From the NCBI GenBank assembly GCA_965153285.1, contig OZ229115.1: a DNA stretch of 64,000 bases; one strand, 5' to 3'. Below the pieces are notes generated by a model. It worked only from the letters and a program-made list of their open reading frames with translations, did not search any database and had not been told where the DNA came from. Source of the stretch: Podarcis tiliguerta (Eukaryota). The stretch's first letter is position 1. Every line of letters begins with the position of its first letter. Below are positions 63,745 through 64,000 of this stretch, one piece after another. The position numbers and the translations under genes are program-made.

Positions 63745-64000
63745 TAATTCATTTCTCTCTCCTAAAGTTGAAAAAGACCTCCAAGTCAGTTAAACCCCAA
63801 CCTGCTGCTAATGCAGGAAATCCATTGATAGATACATGGCTGTGCAGACTCCGTTTAAAAACCTCTAACAAAGGAATGCCTTCTAGGCATTTTGTTTCAC
63901 CGGGGCGATTCTTCCTAAAGTTCAGTTGAAATCCCCTTTTTTGCAATTCAAACCAATTGGTTCTGGTCCTACCCTCTGGAACAACAAAAACCAAATGTGA
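63745..64000 (-). mobile_element. Degraded CR1 3' fragment
   Basis: Minus frame PEGRTRTN..ELQKRGFQLNFRKN..LEVFKRSL matches the CR1 ORF2 C-terminus. Confidence 0.8.

Overview
Vertebrate nuclear DNA from a squamate reptile, most likely a lacertid lizard, judged from its Sauria SINE and Squam3-type SINE subfamilies and its CR1/L2/MITE content. Two genes are arranged head-to-head. RALGAPB lies on the minus strand, with a non-coding exon 1 in a CpG island at ~12.9-13.1 kb and its first coding exon at 1169-1384; the rest is off the left edge. NDRG3 lies on the plus strand, with exon 1 in a CpG island at ~23.8 kb and ten coding exons from 36802 to 63483; it continues off the right edge and has one GC-AG intron. 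Introns and the spacer are rich in transposons: a young 5'-truncated CR1 with an unbroken 817-codon ORF2 segment, L2 remnants, an OC1/OposCharlie1-like hAT element carrying nested insertions, three Sauria SINEs, two Squam3 SINEs, tRNA-headed CR1-tailed SINEs and many MITEs. Unproven leads are a chain of exon-like segments between the two promoters (possible decayed gene), an exon-like ORF in NDRG3 intron 1 that splices in frame to a signal-peptide-like uORF, an antisense two-exon micro-ORF in NDRG3 intron 3, and SINEs with different tRNA heads on one CR1 tail. I found no convincing wholly new biological system. Gene and repeat family names come from recalled sequences, not database searches.
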